Shown: positions 1 through 10,118, counted from the first letter of the stretch. The stretch: DNA of 64,000 bases from an uncultured Candidatus Saccharibacteria bacterium (GCA_964552045.1 CAZKFF010000003.1:11880-75879); one strand, 5' to 3'. Notes: generated from the sequence alone by a model not told the origin. Program-made: numbers and translations.

Positions 1-1010
1 TCGTCTGCTCCGGTGAATGCGGCGAAGAGCTTTATCTTCTCCCCCTCCTGATTCTCAGTAAAGACTATTTTCGGGATGCGCTGCTTGTTGTGCGCGATCA
101 CGTCGTTTGAGGCAGCGATGATGGTCTTTGTCGACCGGTAATTCTCTTCGAGGAAAATGGTCCGCGCGCCGGGAAAGTTCTTTTCAAACTGCAGTACATT
201 TTTTATGTCCGCACCGCGCCACGAATAGATGTTCTGGTCGACATCGCCGACCACGCAGATGTTCTGCTTCTCTCCGGCGAGCAATTTCGCGATCTCGAAC
301 TGTACTTTGTTCGTATCCTGATACTCGTCAATATGAATATAGGTGTACCGCTCACAGAGCACCTCGCGGACAACGGGATAGTTCTGCAGCAGACGGAGCG
401 TACGCAAGAGCAGGTCGTCGAAATCGAGCGCGTGTTCTTCCCGCATGATGCGCTCATACCGCTCCCATGTTTCCGCGGCCACTTTTTGCGGATAGCTTGT
501 TGCAGTCTCCAGGAAATCTGACCGCGAAAGCGCATCGCCTTTTGCGCGTGAGATAACGGAGAGTATCTTGCGCGGTTCAAACTGTTTCGCATCATACCCG
601 GCTTCTTCAATCGCTTTCTTTACTGCGCGGACGCTGTCGCTCCGGTCATAGATGGTGAAGTGCCGATGGAGGTCAAGTGTCTCATGGTGTTCCCGCAGGA
701 TGCGCACTCCGAGCGCATGGAAAGTAGTCACCGTCGGGCGCGAATCGAAATGTCCGAATGCTGTCTGCGGATACTTCTGAATGAGCGCGTAGACGCGTTC
801 GCGCATTTCATTGGCCGCCTTGTTGGTGAAGGTCACCGCGAGGATCTTGTGCGGAGGAACTCCTTTGCGTATGAGTTCAACAATGCGGTGCGTAATGACC
901 CGGGTCTTGCCCGAACCGGCTCCGGCGAGGACCAAAAGCGGCCCTTCAGTGTGCAGTACCGCCTCTTTCTGCGGATCGTTGAGCCCTTCGAGATGATCTG
1001 TACTCATAGT
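1..1010 (-). CDS. pcrA: UvrD/PcrA-family ATP-dependent DNA helicase, N-terminal ~336 aa; gene runs off the window start
   Basis: Minus-strand translation from ATG near 1010 reads MSTDHLEGLNDPQKEAVLHTEGPLLVLAGAGSGKTRVITHRIVELIRKG...TFTNKAANEMRERV...DEYQDTN (Walker A GAGSGKT, helicase motifs I-III). No stop before position 1, so it is absent from the ORF track. Confidence 0.85.
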
Positions 1011-1194
1011 GTTAGGAAGCATGCTACCGTATACACATATATATGTATAGGTATAACCTACTGCGAGCTCTGCCATAGAAAATGCGTCTTTTTACACAGT
1101 AATCTTCGTCCGATGTCAAGAGTTTAAAAATGCTGAAATAGAGGCCTGTAAATGAAGTTCACATGAAGGAAATGGGAAAAGTGCATTATGTCAA

Positions 1195-2463
1195 TTGACC
1201 CTCTTTTCCGCTTTAGTATCATTACTCCCATACCGTAGTGGTATCACAAGAGCGTTGACGCTCTTTTTGTTTGGAGCATTACTGTTCACGGAAGCAAAAC
1301 GGCGGCGAGTCCATAACGTCACAATTATTTTAAGCAGTACACCAGATTCTGATTCTTCTAAACGCAGCGTACAAGAACGCAAGGATCAGAAGCCATATTC
1401 AGGAAAGCATCTGCCTCACACGGCAACTTTCTTCCTCTACGAGCTTGTTCCGGCAGCTCTGCTTCTTTTGTTACCGCTTTCGGTGCATGCCGGATTTCTT
1501 TCAAAAATGATGGGTATCTTCTCTGAAGAAGTGGTTGCACAGGTTGCTTCCGAAGAGGTTGACCACTCACCGTCAAACACGCCGCTTTTAAGCGCCACAA
1601 CGAATCCAGATCCACTGCGGGCAGTGGGTGGCGGCGAAGTGTACTATGAGGACGGCGTGCTCATCTCAACGGGGCCGGTCGGAGCTGATGAGCAGGCAGC
1701 GTCATCCAAAAACAAAGGCGAGATCAGTATCTATACAGTAGGAGATGGAGGAGAATCTCTCTCCTACATAGCGCAGATGTACGGGGTGAGCGTGAACACC
1801 ATTGTGTGGGCCAATAATCTTGAAAGCGACACCGATATTCACCCAGGAGATACGCTCGTGATATTGCCTATTGCCGGTGTCCAGCACACAGTTAAAAAAG
1901 GTGAATCATTGGAGTCTATCGTCAAGAAATACAACACCGATCTTGATGAAGAAAAATTCAATGATTACATTAATGAGGTGATTGAGTATAACAATCTTGC
2001 CTCAGCAGACGACATTGTTGAAGGCGATGAATTGATCATTCCAGGTGGAGAACTGCATACTTCTAAAAAAGTGGTTTCAGGAGCAAAACCAACAAAGACC
2101 TCAGGTTCTGTCTCCTCAGGTTCAGGTTTCATACGCCCGGTACCGTCCTATGCACAGAGAACCCAGGGTATCCATGGATATAACGGTGTGGACTTGGCAG
2201 CTGCCATCGGTACCCCGATCTATGCAGCAGCCGGAGGAGAGGTCATCGTTGCGAAAAGTTCGGGCTGGAACGGAGGATATGGTAATTATATTGTCATCAG
2301 ACACAAGAATACGCAGACACTGTACGCTCACCTGAGCAAGTTGTATGTTGGTGTCGGCGACGTGGTTGCTGCCGGCGACAATATCGGCGCGATGGGATCA
2401 ACGGGTAAGTCAACGGGTTCACACTTGCACTTTGAGGTGCGCGGAGGAACCAATCCGTTCTAG
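1195..2463 (+). CDS. Secreted peptidoglycan endopeptidase with two LysM domains and a C-terminal M23 domain; true start uncertain (TTG at 1195, hydrophobic anchor near residues 85-105)
   Basis: LysM-like blocks (ISIYTVGDGGESLSYIAQMYGVSVNTIVWANNL; HTVKKGESLESIVKKYN) and M23 motifs (GIHGYNGVDLAA..., GYGNYIVIRH, GSTGKSTGSHLHFEV). Confidence 0.8.
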   Translation: MTLFSALVSLLPYRSGITRALTLFLFGALLFTEAKRRRVHNVTIILSSTPDSDSSKRSVQERKDQKPYSGKHLPHTATFFLYELVPAALLLLLPLSVHAGFLSKMMGIFSEEVVAQVASEEVDHSPSNTPLLSATTNPDPLRAVGGGEVYYEDGVLISTGPVGADEQAASSKNKGEISIYTVGDGGESLSYIAQMYGVSVNTIVWANNLESDTDIHPGDTLVILPIAGVQHTVKKGESLESIVKKYNTDLDEEKFNDYINEVIEYNNLASADDIVEGDELIIPGGELHTSKKVVSGAKPTKTSGSVSSGSGFIRPVPSYAQRTQGIHGYNGVDLAAAIGTPIYAAAGGEVIVAKSSGWNGGYGNYIVIRHKNTQTLYAHLSKLYVGVGDVVAAGDNIGAMGSTGKSTGSHLHFEVRGGTNPF

Positions 2464-2547
2464 GATTTGTAAAGGTTGGCTAGTATTTTGAGAGCAAAGC
2501 GAAACAAAATACTGACAACCTGTACAGAACGTGTAGGGTTCAAATCC
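2463..2547 (+). ncRNA. Unclassified conserved nested stem-loop element, copy A (3' UTR of the M23 peptidase gene, before its terminator)
   Basis: Outer stem ggatttg/caaatcc, middle stem aggttg/caacct, inner stem agtattttg/caaaatact. The conserved core aaaggttg...gacaacctgtac is shared with the copy at 31517-31602, with compensatory pair changes. Confidence 0.4.
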
Positions 2548-2562
2548 ATTCTAAGAATAAGC

Positions 2563-2597
2563 AAAAAGGCCGGAAGCGAAGCTTCCGGCCTTTTTGC
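2563..2597. terminator. Bidirectional Rho-independent terminator
   Basis: aaaaaggccggaagc-gaa-gcttccggccttttt: GC stem flanked by A/T runs, between convergent genes. Confidence 0.8.
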
Positions 2598-2606
2598 TTT
2601 TCCTCG

Positions 2607-2996
2607 CTATTCCATTCCGTGAAGTTTGCTCGCGCCACTTTGGACCATAGCCAAATACGTAGCAAAAGACTCGTTCGGTTCTTTCAGCCTGTCACCGATG
2701 AGGTTGAGTGTGAGCGCTTCAACATGCCCGAGGTCGCCGCTCTCCAGATTCTGCGAAGTCAGAAATCTCCTTATGGAGCGCAGGGTCTCTATATATTCCT
2801 GGTCCAGTTCCGCTCCCTCCTGTGTCATTTGTGCGGCAATATCTCCGTCTGTCAAATACTCCGCAACAGATCGGATGTTTTCGGCAAAGGCACTTTCGGG
2901 ATTCTGTTCATACATGTCCTCGAAGGTCTCTCTGCCAATATGGAGCGCACGTTCTTTGTTGCCTCCCAGATTTTCAAACATATATCTTCTATGCAA
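2607..2996 (-). CDS. Hypothetical protein (129 aa)
   Basis: ORF ends immediately at the bidirectional terminator. No recognisable motif. Confidence 0.45.
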   Translation of the reverse strand: MHRRYMFENLGGNKERALHIGRETFEDMYEQNPESAFAENIRSVAEYLTDGDIAAQMTQEGAELDQEYIETLRSIRRFLTSQNLESGDLGHVEALTLNLIGDRLKEPNESFATYLAMVQSGASKLHGME

Positions 2997-3045
2997 TTAA
3001 GTGAACAATATCTCCATTATAGCATCCAGTTCCGGGTCCAAAGTA

Positions 3046-4563
3046 CTACACCTTCACACGATACTGGAGCGCTTCAAATATGTGCTCGGGCGTTATGCGC
3101 TCCGCTTCATCCAGATCGGCTATGGTGCGCGCCACTTTGATGACCCGATGGTAGCTTCGGGGAGAAAGGTTGAGCTTCTGTGCGCTTGTCTTTAGAATGT
3201 CCTGCACCTCAGAGGAAAGTACGATGGTCTCCTCTATGTCGCGCGAAGACATTTCGGCATTGCTCGAAACGCCTCTCCTGTGCAGCCGCTCCCCCTGTAT
3301 CTGTCGAGCACGTTCTATCTGCGCTCGCGCTCGCGCAGTCTCTCCCTCCTTGGTCTGCATGCCGGTCAGCGTCTCGTAGGGTACATGCGGGACTTCAAGC
3401 CAGAGATCAATGCGGTCAAGTATCGGTCCGGATATTTTGTGCTTATACGTTTCAGTCATGGCAGCGGCGAAGTCCATGGTCCCATCCTCGCTTCCCCGGT
3501 ACGGGTTCATGGCAGCAAGCAGGATGAAGTCAGCCGGGAACAGCGCTGTTCCCTGGACCCGAGATATGGAGACCACTCGATCCTCGAGCGGCTGGCGCAG
3601 CGCATCAATGCTCCTGCGTTCGAATTCAGGAAACTCATCCAGAAAAAGCACGCCCTTATGCGCAAGGGTCACCTCTCCCGGTTTCGGATGGGTGCCGCCG
3701 CCCACCAACGAGGTATGACTTGCCGTGTGGTGCGGCGCACGAAAAGGAGGACACGACGAAACATCATTGGACAGTGCTCCGGCAACCGAGTGGATGCTGG
3801 TTACCTCAAGCGCATCTTCTCTGCTCAACGGCGGAAGCATGCCCTGAAACGCGCGCGCGAGCATGGTCTTCCCTGTTCCGGGAGGCCCTACCATGATCAC
3901 GTTGTGTCGTCCCGCTGCAGCGATGATGAGACCGCGTTTTGCGCTCTCCTGACCTTTTATGTCCTCAAGCCGCACACTGCTGTCCTTCCATGTGTGCGTT
4001 ATGTGGGTCATTGCCTCTTCAGAGAGCCGGGCATGGTCCGGCCGCTTCTGATCAATGTGCGCAATGATCTCCCGCAGATGCGAAGCTCCGTATACAGCAA
4101 TACCCTCGACAAGGGCTGCTTCCTTCGCGTTGGATTGTGGCACGATCACTTCAGCGAAGCCCTCTTTTTTTGCAGCGAGCACAACAGGAAGCACCCCGTT
4201 GACGCTGCGCACGCTGCCGTCGAGCCCCAGTTCGCCGACGAACATACGCTTTATTCCGTCTGGCACAGCTTCTTCCGCAGCATAGAGGTAGGCAATGGCC
4301 ATTGGCAGATCGAACAAAGGCCCCTCCTTCTTTAAGTCTGCCGGCGAAAGCGAGATGACGATCTTATGGTTCTTGCTCTTGGGAGACGGCAAACCGGAGT
4401 TTTTTATGGCGGCACTGACCCGATCCTTTGCCTCCTCGACCGCTTTGCCCGGCAGTCCGACGATCGTAAACGAATGCAGACCCCGCGAGAGGTCTGCTTC
4501 AATAACAACCGGTATGCCGCCCTGTACAGTTGGTTGAGCTGTGAAGACCGATGCAACTGACAT
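3046..4563 (-). CDS. comM: YifB/ComM-family Mg-chelatase-like AAA+ ATPase
   Basis: IVGLPGKAVEEAKDRV, Walker A MVGPPGTGKT, VLFLDEFPEF, and the C-terminal helical domain typical of ComM/YifB. Confidence 0.85.
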   Translation of the reverse strand: MSVASVFTAQPTVQGGIPVVIEADLSRGLHSFTIVGLPGKAVEEAKDRVSAAIKNSGLPSPKSKNHKIVISLSPADLKKEGPLFDLPMAIAYLYAAEEAVPDGIKRMFVGELGLDGSVRSVNGVLPVVLAAKKEGFAEVIVPQSNAKEAALVEGIAVYGASHLREIIAHIDQKRPDHARLSEEAMTHITHTWKDSSVRLEDIKGQESAKRGLIIAAAGRHNVIMVGPPGTGKTMLARAFQGMLPPLSREDALEVTSIHSVAGALSNDVSSCPPFRAPHHTASHTSLVGGGTHPKPGEVTLAHKGVLFLDEFPEFERRSIDALRQPLEDRVVSISRVQGTALFPADFILLAAMNPYRGSEDGTMDFAAAMTETYKHKISGPILDRIDLWLEVPHVPYETLTGMQTKEGETARARAQIERARQIQGERLHRRGVSSNAEMSSRDIEETIVLSSEVQDILKTSAQKLNLSPRSYHRVIKVARTIADLDEAERITPEHIFEALQYRVKV

Positions 4564-4574
4564 GGGACTGCGGA

Positions 4575-4952
4575 TTATGCAGGGAGGTCCTGCTCGTCGT
4601 TCATATGCGTTTTGCAGGTGCGCGCTGCAGGGTTTGCTTCAAGTCGGTCTTCCTCCAGTTCAGCGCCGCATATCTCGCAGGTGCCGAATGTGCCGTCCTT
4701 TATTTTCTGCAGTGCGCGATTGATGCCGTTGTAGCGCGTTTCAAGCGTGCCGAGTGTTGCGGTCCTTTCAAGCCACTGCTCTGCACGGTCAGCTCCCACA
4801 TTCGGATCAGCCTCCTGAACCTCGACACCTTCCGGGGTCGCTATCCAGTCCTCCTTGGCTTGCGGATTATGGATGCCGAGTTCCTTAAGGTCTTCAGTTA
4901 TTGCGCCGAGTTCCTGCTCAAGGCGGTCTTTGTATGCTGCTGTATCAATCAT
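4575..4952 (-). CDS. DksA/TraR-family C4-type zinc-finger protein
   Basis: C-terminal CEICGAELEEDRLEANPAARTCKTH zinc-finger spacing after a coiled-coil N-terminus. Confidence 0.7.
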   Translation of the reverse strand: MIDTAAYKDRLEQELGAITEDLKELGIHNPQAKEDWIATPEGVEVQEADPNVGADRAEQWLERTATLGTLETRYNGINRALQKIKDGTFGTCEICGAELEEDRLEANPAARTCKTHMNDEQDLPA

Positions 4953-4973
4953 ATGACCCTAGTATACACGATT

Positions 4974-6650
4974 TCAGCGTATAAGCGGCAGGAGTTCCTC
5001 AAGGGATTCGCGGGTGGTGGTAATGAGGATGGTGTTCTGGTCTACAAATGTGTAGATGATGCGGTCATCGCCCTTTTCATCAAGCAGCAGGCGCACATTC
5101 CTGTTGCTCGCGATCGTGTCCTTGAAGAACGCCTCGCGTACCTGGGTTGCTGTTCGCGCTGAAGGATCGAAGGTCTCCACCACCGGTTCACCGAACAATG
5201 GAGCGAGGTCTGCACTCATGGTCTTCTCCCATGCCAGCATGCCGGCGAAGGCAGTGTCGAATGTGGCAGTGTGCAGAACCATGAAAGGCGCCGTACGGCT
5301 TGATGCTCCAAAAACTATTTCGCGTATTGACCGGGTGAATGACCCCGGAGCCTGGAATGCGAGTTTTTGCAGTATATCGGAAGCAGGAGCTGGCTGCACG
5401 CCGTCTTCGTTTTCAATGGTCGGATAGATCTGCAGCGCGCCTGGCGCGTTCTGTATGAGCTGTTGCATATCCGCAAGCAGCAGACTGTGTTCCTGAAGTG
5501 TCACAGGCTGCTGGTCTGGCACGGTGATGAGTGATGGGATCGTGTACACTACCGCGATCTGCTGCGGCGCATCTTTCAGTACGAAAAAATAATAACTTGC
5601 CCCGATGCCGAGCGCTGAAGCGAGCACTACAACGCCGAGAAATGCAAGACCCAAATGCCGGGGTATAGCTTGGGGCATGGCGTATGTCCGCGCGGCAGCT
5701 GCCGGGCTGTGCACTTCCGGTTCGGGTACAGGTATATCGACTGTTGCAGGTTCGGGCGTTGTGTACTCAGCTTCCGCAGGCCCGCCTGTTTCATCGGCAG
5801 TTGGCTCGGCGCGTTCAAGTACCTCCGGTTCAATCGGGGCTTCCGACACGGGCATCTCCGGTTCTGTTTGGGCTTGTGGAACGACAGGCAGAGGTTCGTC
5901 CGGCGCATGCATCGGTCTCGCAGCAGCTCCTGTGTCCGACACAGGAATCTCCGCAGACTGCTGTCTATTTTCTTCTTCAAGGTATGTCCATGTGGGTTCT
6001 TTGACCTCGGCTTTTTTTTTGAATGTAAGGGCAGAGGTCGTGACCGTACGCTTCTTTCCTCTCATCCGCTCTGCAATCTCTTCAAAATCTTCCTTCGGAG
6101 CCTGTGCTCCGTGCTTCACCGCTTCCTCGATGACTTCTTTTCGCGCCTCTGCCTTTGTCACAGCATGATGGGGATGGCGGAATGTATCATAGGCTTTTTT
6201 CTGGTCATCCACCCACTGTGCGGCCGCTTCTGCCATTGCGGGGAAAAGACGGAACCGTTTGCGCTTTGTATCCCTGATGATTGATCCGCCCTGCTGCGGA
6301 TTGACCTCGAATGGATCATCCTTTTCGCTCAAAAGCGATTCTTTTTCGGGTTCAAGCGATTGCAGTTCCTCTGCGATGTCTAGATGCTTCGCAGAGATGT
6401 GCGAAGCTGGCGTTGGTTGCTCATGCGGTTTCTTGGGAATCGAAGTAGAAGATTTTTGTTTTGTGCGGGAAGGGATGGATGTCCGCGGCTGCTCTGCGAC
6501 AGCCGCAATCGTGCGCTGCGGTTTCGGCGGCTCTGGTTTTTCGGAAGCCGGCCCGGGCTGGTGGATCTGCGAATCACGCGAGCGCGCCAACGCAGCATCG
6601 AGCGCAAATGTTCGAATGTTTTGTATGTCCTTAGAGCCGCCTCGCGCCAT
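4974..6650 (-). CDS. Hypothetical single-pass membrane protein: about 330-aa Pro/Glu-rich acidic N-terminal region, one TM (LGLAFLGVVVLASALGIGASYYFFV), and a ~200-aa C-terminal domain
   Basis: Long ORF with a clear TM segment. Composition-biased PEPEV/PEPT repeats. No enzyme motif recognised. Confidence 0.55.
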   Translation of the reverse strand: MARGGSKDIQNIRTFALDAALARSRDSQIHQPGPASEKPEPPKPQRTIAAVAEQPRTSIPSRTKQKSSTSIPKKPHEQPTPASHISAKHLDIAEELQSLEPEKESLLSEKDDPFEVNPQQGGSIIRDTKRKRFRLFPAMAEAAAQWVDDQKKAYDTFRHPHHAVTKAEARKEVIEEAVKHGAQAPKEDFEEIAERMRGKKRTVTTSALTFKKKAEVKEPTWTYLEEENRQQSAEIPVSDTGAAARPMHAPDEPLPVVPQAQTEPEMPVSEAPIEPEVLERAEPTADETGGPAEAEYTTPEPATVDIPVPEPEVHSPAAAARTYAMPQAIPRHLGLAFLGVVVLASALGIGASYYFFVLKDAPQQIAVVYTIPSLITVPDQQPVTLQEHSLLLADMQQLIQNAPGALQIYPTIENEDGVQPAPASDILQKLAFQAPGSFTRSIREIVFGASSRTAPFMVLHTATFDTAFAGMLAWEKTMSADLAPLFGEPVVETFDPSARTATQVREAFFKDTIASNRNVRLLLDEKGDDRIIYTFVDQNTILITTTRESLEELLPLIR

Positions 6651-6734
6651 TGGTACTAGTATCGCATGTTTGCGGATACTTTGAAGTTCACACTATGAAA
6701 AACGCAGCACTGTATGCTGCGTGTGTGCACTGTG

Positions 6735-8870
6735 CTATTCCTTCTTGGGCGGATGTGCGGGAGGTCGCAACCCTTTCCGCGCCGCGAAATCAGGGTCTGC
6801 CTGTTTTATCGAGAGGCCGATCTTTCCATTTTCGATCTTAGAGATCACCGCAGGGACCGTCTCGCCTTCGTGGAAGACACCCGCAAGCGATTCCAGCCGC
6901 CACGGTGCTATTTCAGAAATATGGATGAGACCCTCATTGAGGTCGTCGATCTTTGCGAAAGCGCCGAAGTCGGCAATGCGTGTTATGGTTGCGGTTACCC
7001 GTTCACCGAGCGTATACACTTTCGTCAGTGCGGCGATCCGCGCAGCTGCTTTCTCTGCGCTGCCGTCTTTGCCGGTGATGAATACAGTACCGTCGTCTTC
7101 AATGGTGATCTCTTCTACGCCAGTATCATCCTTGATGCCGTTTATGGTCTTGCCGCCGCCGCCGATGACCAACCCGATCTGCTCAGGCAGGATCTTCAGC
7201 GTGATGATCTTCGGTGCACGCGGAGAGATGTCCGGACGGGGCGAGGCTATGGCTTCCTGCATGACCTGCAGAATCTGCAGCCGAGCAGCTTTTGCCTTCT
7301 GCAGCGCCTCACTCAGCACGGGAACCGGCACTCCGTCCACCTTCACATCCATCTGGATCGCGGTCACTCCCTGGGTGGTGCCGGCAACCTTGAAATCCAT
7401 ATCGCCGTGCTCGTCCTCAGGGCCCTGTATGTCAGTAAGGAGGACATACGCATCCTTACTCATCATGAGGCCCGATGCGATGCCGGCAACCGGCCGCTTG
7501 ATAGGAACTCCTCCATCCATGAGTGCCAAAGACGAGGCGCAGACCGACCCCATTGAGCTTGAGCCGTTGGAGGACATTGTCTCGGAGACGAGCCGTATGG
7601 TGTACGGGAATTCCTCCTGTGCGGGAATAACCGGCAGCAGCGCCTTTTCAGCGAGCGCACCGTGCCCCACCATACGCCGGTTGAATCCGCCCACACGCCC
7701 TGATTCTCCAACTGAGAACGGCGGGAAATTGTAGTGGTGCATGTATCGCTTTTTTGAACTCTGCTCGATGCTGTCGATAAGCTGTGCGGCTTCAGGACCG
7801 CCGAGGGTCAGCGCTGTGAAAATATGGGTCGCGCCGCGGTAGAATATGCCCGTCCCATGCAAGACCGGCGAGATCCCGCCTGCTTGAGCATACAGCGTAC
7901 GCAGCTCGTCGAGACCTCTGCCGTCGGCGCGCTTCTTCTCCTCAATGACGCCGCGATGGAGCTCTTTGTCCACCTCGTGCTCGAAGTAAGCATCCGCACG
8001 AGCCCCATCTACTTCCGGCAGCTCAAGCGCCTGCGCGATAAAGATATCCTTCAGTTCGTGTATATGGTCCTTTCCTGAGCGGCCGGAAAAAAGCGTCTGG
8101 CTGAGCTGCGCTTTGAACTGGCGTTCGAAGAGGTCAGAGAGTGCCTCGGGCGTTTCCGGAAGCACCAATGCACGCTTGTGCTTGCCTATGTCTGTGACGA
8201 TCTGCTTTTGGAACGCCTCCAGTTTCTGGTGGACCTGTACGCTCGCTTCAAGCACCGCCACGATATCGTCTTCGGGCACTTCATTCGCCGCGGTTTCGAT
8301 CATGTTGATCGCGCCGTTTTTGCCGCAGGCAAGCACTTCAAAAGAAAGATTCCCTGCCGCCCGGTCTGTGTATGAGGGGTTGATGATGATCTCGCCGGTA
8401 TCCTTCTTCCTCCCGATGCGCACAGCTCCTACCGGCCCGTCCCATGGAATGTCCGATACGCACAGCGCAAGTGAGGCACCGATCACGCCGAGTACATCCG
8501 GATCGTCTTCTCCCATGGCGAGCACGGTTGCGATGACCTGTATGTCGTTGCGTATCTGATGGTTGAACAACGGGCGGATCGTACGGTCAATAATGCGCGC
8601 TGAGAGCACCGCCTCGTCCGTCGGCTTTCCCTCGCGCCGCACGAAGCGGCTTCCAAGGATCTGCCCTGCGGCGTAAAACTTCTCCTCGAACTCAACCGAT
8701 AACGGAAAATATGACGAGTTTCCTGCATGTCTGTTCATAACTGCGGTCACAAGGATCACCGTTTCGCCCAATCGGAGTAGAACCGAACCGCTTGCCTGCT
8801 CGGTAAGATCGGAGAATTCCGCTACTAATTTCTTCCCTCCGAGCTCCATCTCATACGTCTTCTTCTGCAT
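6735..8870 (-). CDS. pnp: Polynucleotide phosphorylase (PNPase)
   Basis: Two RNase PH domains (GRREGKPTDEAVLSARIIDRTIRPLF; FSVGESGRVGGFNRRMVGHGALAEKAL), a KH domain (GGGGKTINGI) and an S1 domain at the C-terminus. Confidence 0.95.
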   Translation of the reverse strand: MQKKTYEMELGGKKLVAEFSDLTEQASGSVLLRLGETVILVTAVMNRHAGNSSYFPLSVEFEEKFYAAGQILGSRFVRREGKPTDEAVLSARIIDRTIRPLFNHQIRNDIQVIATVLAMGEDDPDVLGVIGASLALCVSDIPWDGPVGAVRIGRKKDTGEIIINPSYTDRAAGNLSFEVLACGKNGAINMIETAANEVPEDDIVAVLEASVQVHQKLEAFQKQIVTDIGKHKRALVLPETPEALSDLFERQFKAQLSQTLFSGRSGKDHIHELKDIFIAQALELPEVDGARADAYFEHEVDKELHRGVIEEKKRADGRGLDELRTLYAQAGGISPVLHGTGIFYRGATHIFTALTLGGPEAAQLIDSIEQSSKKRYMHHYNFPPFSVGESGRVGGFNRRMVGHGALAEKALLPVIPAQEEFPYTIRLVSETMSSNGSSSMGSVCASSLALMDGGVPIKRPVAGIASGLMMSKDAYVLLTDIQGPEDEHGDMDFKVAGTTQGVTAIQMDVKVDGVPVPVLSEALQKAKAARLQILQVMQEAIASPRPDISPRAPKIITLKILPEQIGLVIGGGGKTINGIKDDTGVEEITIEDDGTVFITGKDGSAEKAAARIAALTKVYTLGERVTATITRIADFGAFAKIDDLNEGLIHISEIAPWRLESLAGVFHEGETVPAVISKIENGKIGLSIKQADPDFAARKGLRPPAHPPKKE

Positions 8871-9130
8871 AATATATCTCGATTGGAGATCTGCAGGCTT
8901 CAGATTCCAGAGGAACGTTATTCCGCTGCAAACCTACCTGCCTGAAGACCTCGTCTGGTAATACAGAGAAGTGTAACAAACGGCAGTCCTCCACAAAAGG
9001 GTGGTTTGACTCGAATGGGCAGTTGTGTCATTCTTCTCGCCGATAAATGCTCTTCAGGAGAGGGCTCAGCAACGCTCACGGTGCATACAACCGTACACAA
9101 AAAGGCGCTCAGAGTCCTGAGCGCCTCGTA

Positions 9131-9736
9131 TTATTCCATATCGTCGGTGTCTGTTCCCACCACTTTGCGTATCTGCTTTTTCAATGGCGACGATTTTTGA
9201 CTGGTTCGTTTACGGCTATTGCTTCGGGGACGATATCCGATCAGGAATTCCTGGGGATGTTCGTCCATATCAATGAAATCATCGACTTTCTCTTTGAATT
9301 TCGCTGACGCTGAACGGCCGAAGGTGATACCCTCCACCTGGCAGCCCTGCGACTTCAAATACTCGACCAGTGGCAGGAAATCCCCGTCACCGGTAACGAG
9401 AACGATTGCGTCCACTTTTGCGGACAGCTTGATCGCATCCACAGCGAGTCCCACGTCCCAGTCCGCTTTTTTCGCTCCGCCATAGAAGATCTGCAGATCT
9501 TTGGTCTTGATCTCGATGCCGATCTTTTCCATCGCTTCAAAGAACGGAAGTTCCTCTCCGCTTTCGGTATTGACCACATAGGAGAGCGCACGGATGAGTT
9601 TGCGTCCGCCGAGCGCCGTTTTCAGCACTCCCGCAAAATTGACTTTGCATTTGTAAAGATTCTTCGCGCTGTGATACAGGTTCTGTGTATCAATGAGCAC
9701 GGCTACCCGCTGATCCGGGTGTTTAACTACTGACAT
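9131..9736 (-). CDS. NYN/LabA-like (DUF88) domain protein
   Basis: VAVLIDTQNLYHSAKNL ... VLVTGDGDFLPLVEYLKSQGCQVEGI, typical of the LabA/NYN fold. Lies between rpsO and pnp. Confidence 0.75.
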   Translation of the reverse strand: MSVVKHPDQRVAVLIDTQNLYHSAKNLYKCKVNFAGVLKTALGGRKLIRALSYVVNTESGEELPFFEAMEKIGIEIKTKDLQIFYGGAKKADWDVGLAVDAIKLSAKVDAIVLVTGDGDFLPLVEYLKSQGCQVEGITFGRSASAKFKEKVDDFIDMDEHPQEFLIGYRPRSNSRKRTSQKSSPLKKQIRKVVGTDTDDME

Positions 9737-9851
9737 AAAAATATGATGTAAATATTAAAAATATAAAGTTTCTACGTATGAAATGCGTACACCCCCTTCC
9801 AGTATACCGCGATACCAAAACATGCTCCAACGGAGCATGTTACGTGAATGG

Positions 9852-10118
9852 TTATTTCTTGAGTCCAAGCTTTTTGACAAGATTCTCGTATCCCTTCTCA
9901 TCCTTGCGGGCGAGATACTTCAGGTGCTTTCGGCGATCTGCCACCATCTGGAGCAATCCGCGTCGGGAATGAAAATCTTTCTTGTGCTTCTTAAGGTGCT
10001 TCGCGAGCTCATCAATCTGGCGAGTGAGCAGCGAAACCTGTGCTTCAGGAGATCCGGTATCGGTATCGTGACGCTTGGTATCCTTAATAGCGTTCGCTTT
10101 TTTCTGTTTGCTTAACAT
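9852..10118 (-). CDS. rpsO: 30S ribosomal protein S15 (88 aa, from the internal Met of the 118-aa track ORF)
   Basis: MLSKQKKANAIKDTKRHDTDTGSPEAQVSLLTRQIDELAKHLKKHKKDFHSRRGLLQMVADRRKHLKYLARKD is full-length S15. A terminator hairpin follows at about 9817-9841. Confidence 0.9.
   Translation of the reverse strand: MLSKQKKANAIKDTKRHDTDTGSPEAQVSLLTRQIDELAKHLKKHKKDFHSRRGLLQMVADRRKHLKYLARKDEKGYENLVKKLGLKK

Noticed and set aside
2535-2551. gggttcaaatcc in element A resembling a tRNA T-loop
   Set aside because: In both copies this segment pairs as the 3' strand of the outer stem (caaatcc with ggatttg). No cloverleaf can be drawn.
3280-4335. 351-aa plus-strand ORF (also 3180-3527 and 4055-4285) antisense to comM
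   Set aside because: Lies entirely inside the well-supported minus-strand comM/yifB gene and has no motifs. It is a typical high-GC antisense open frame.
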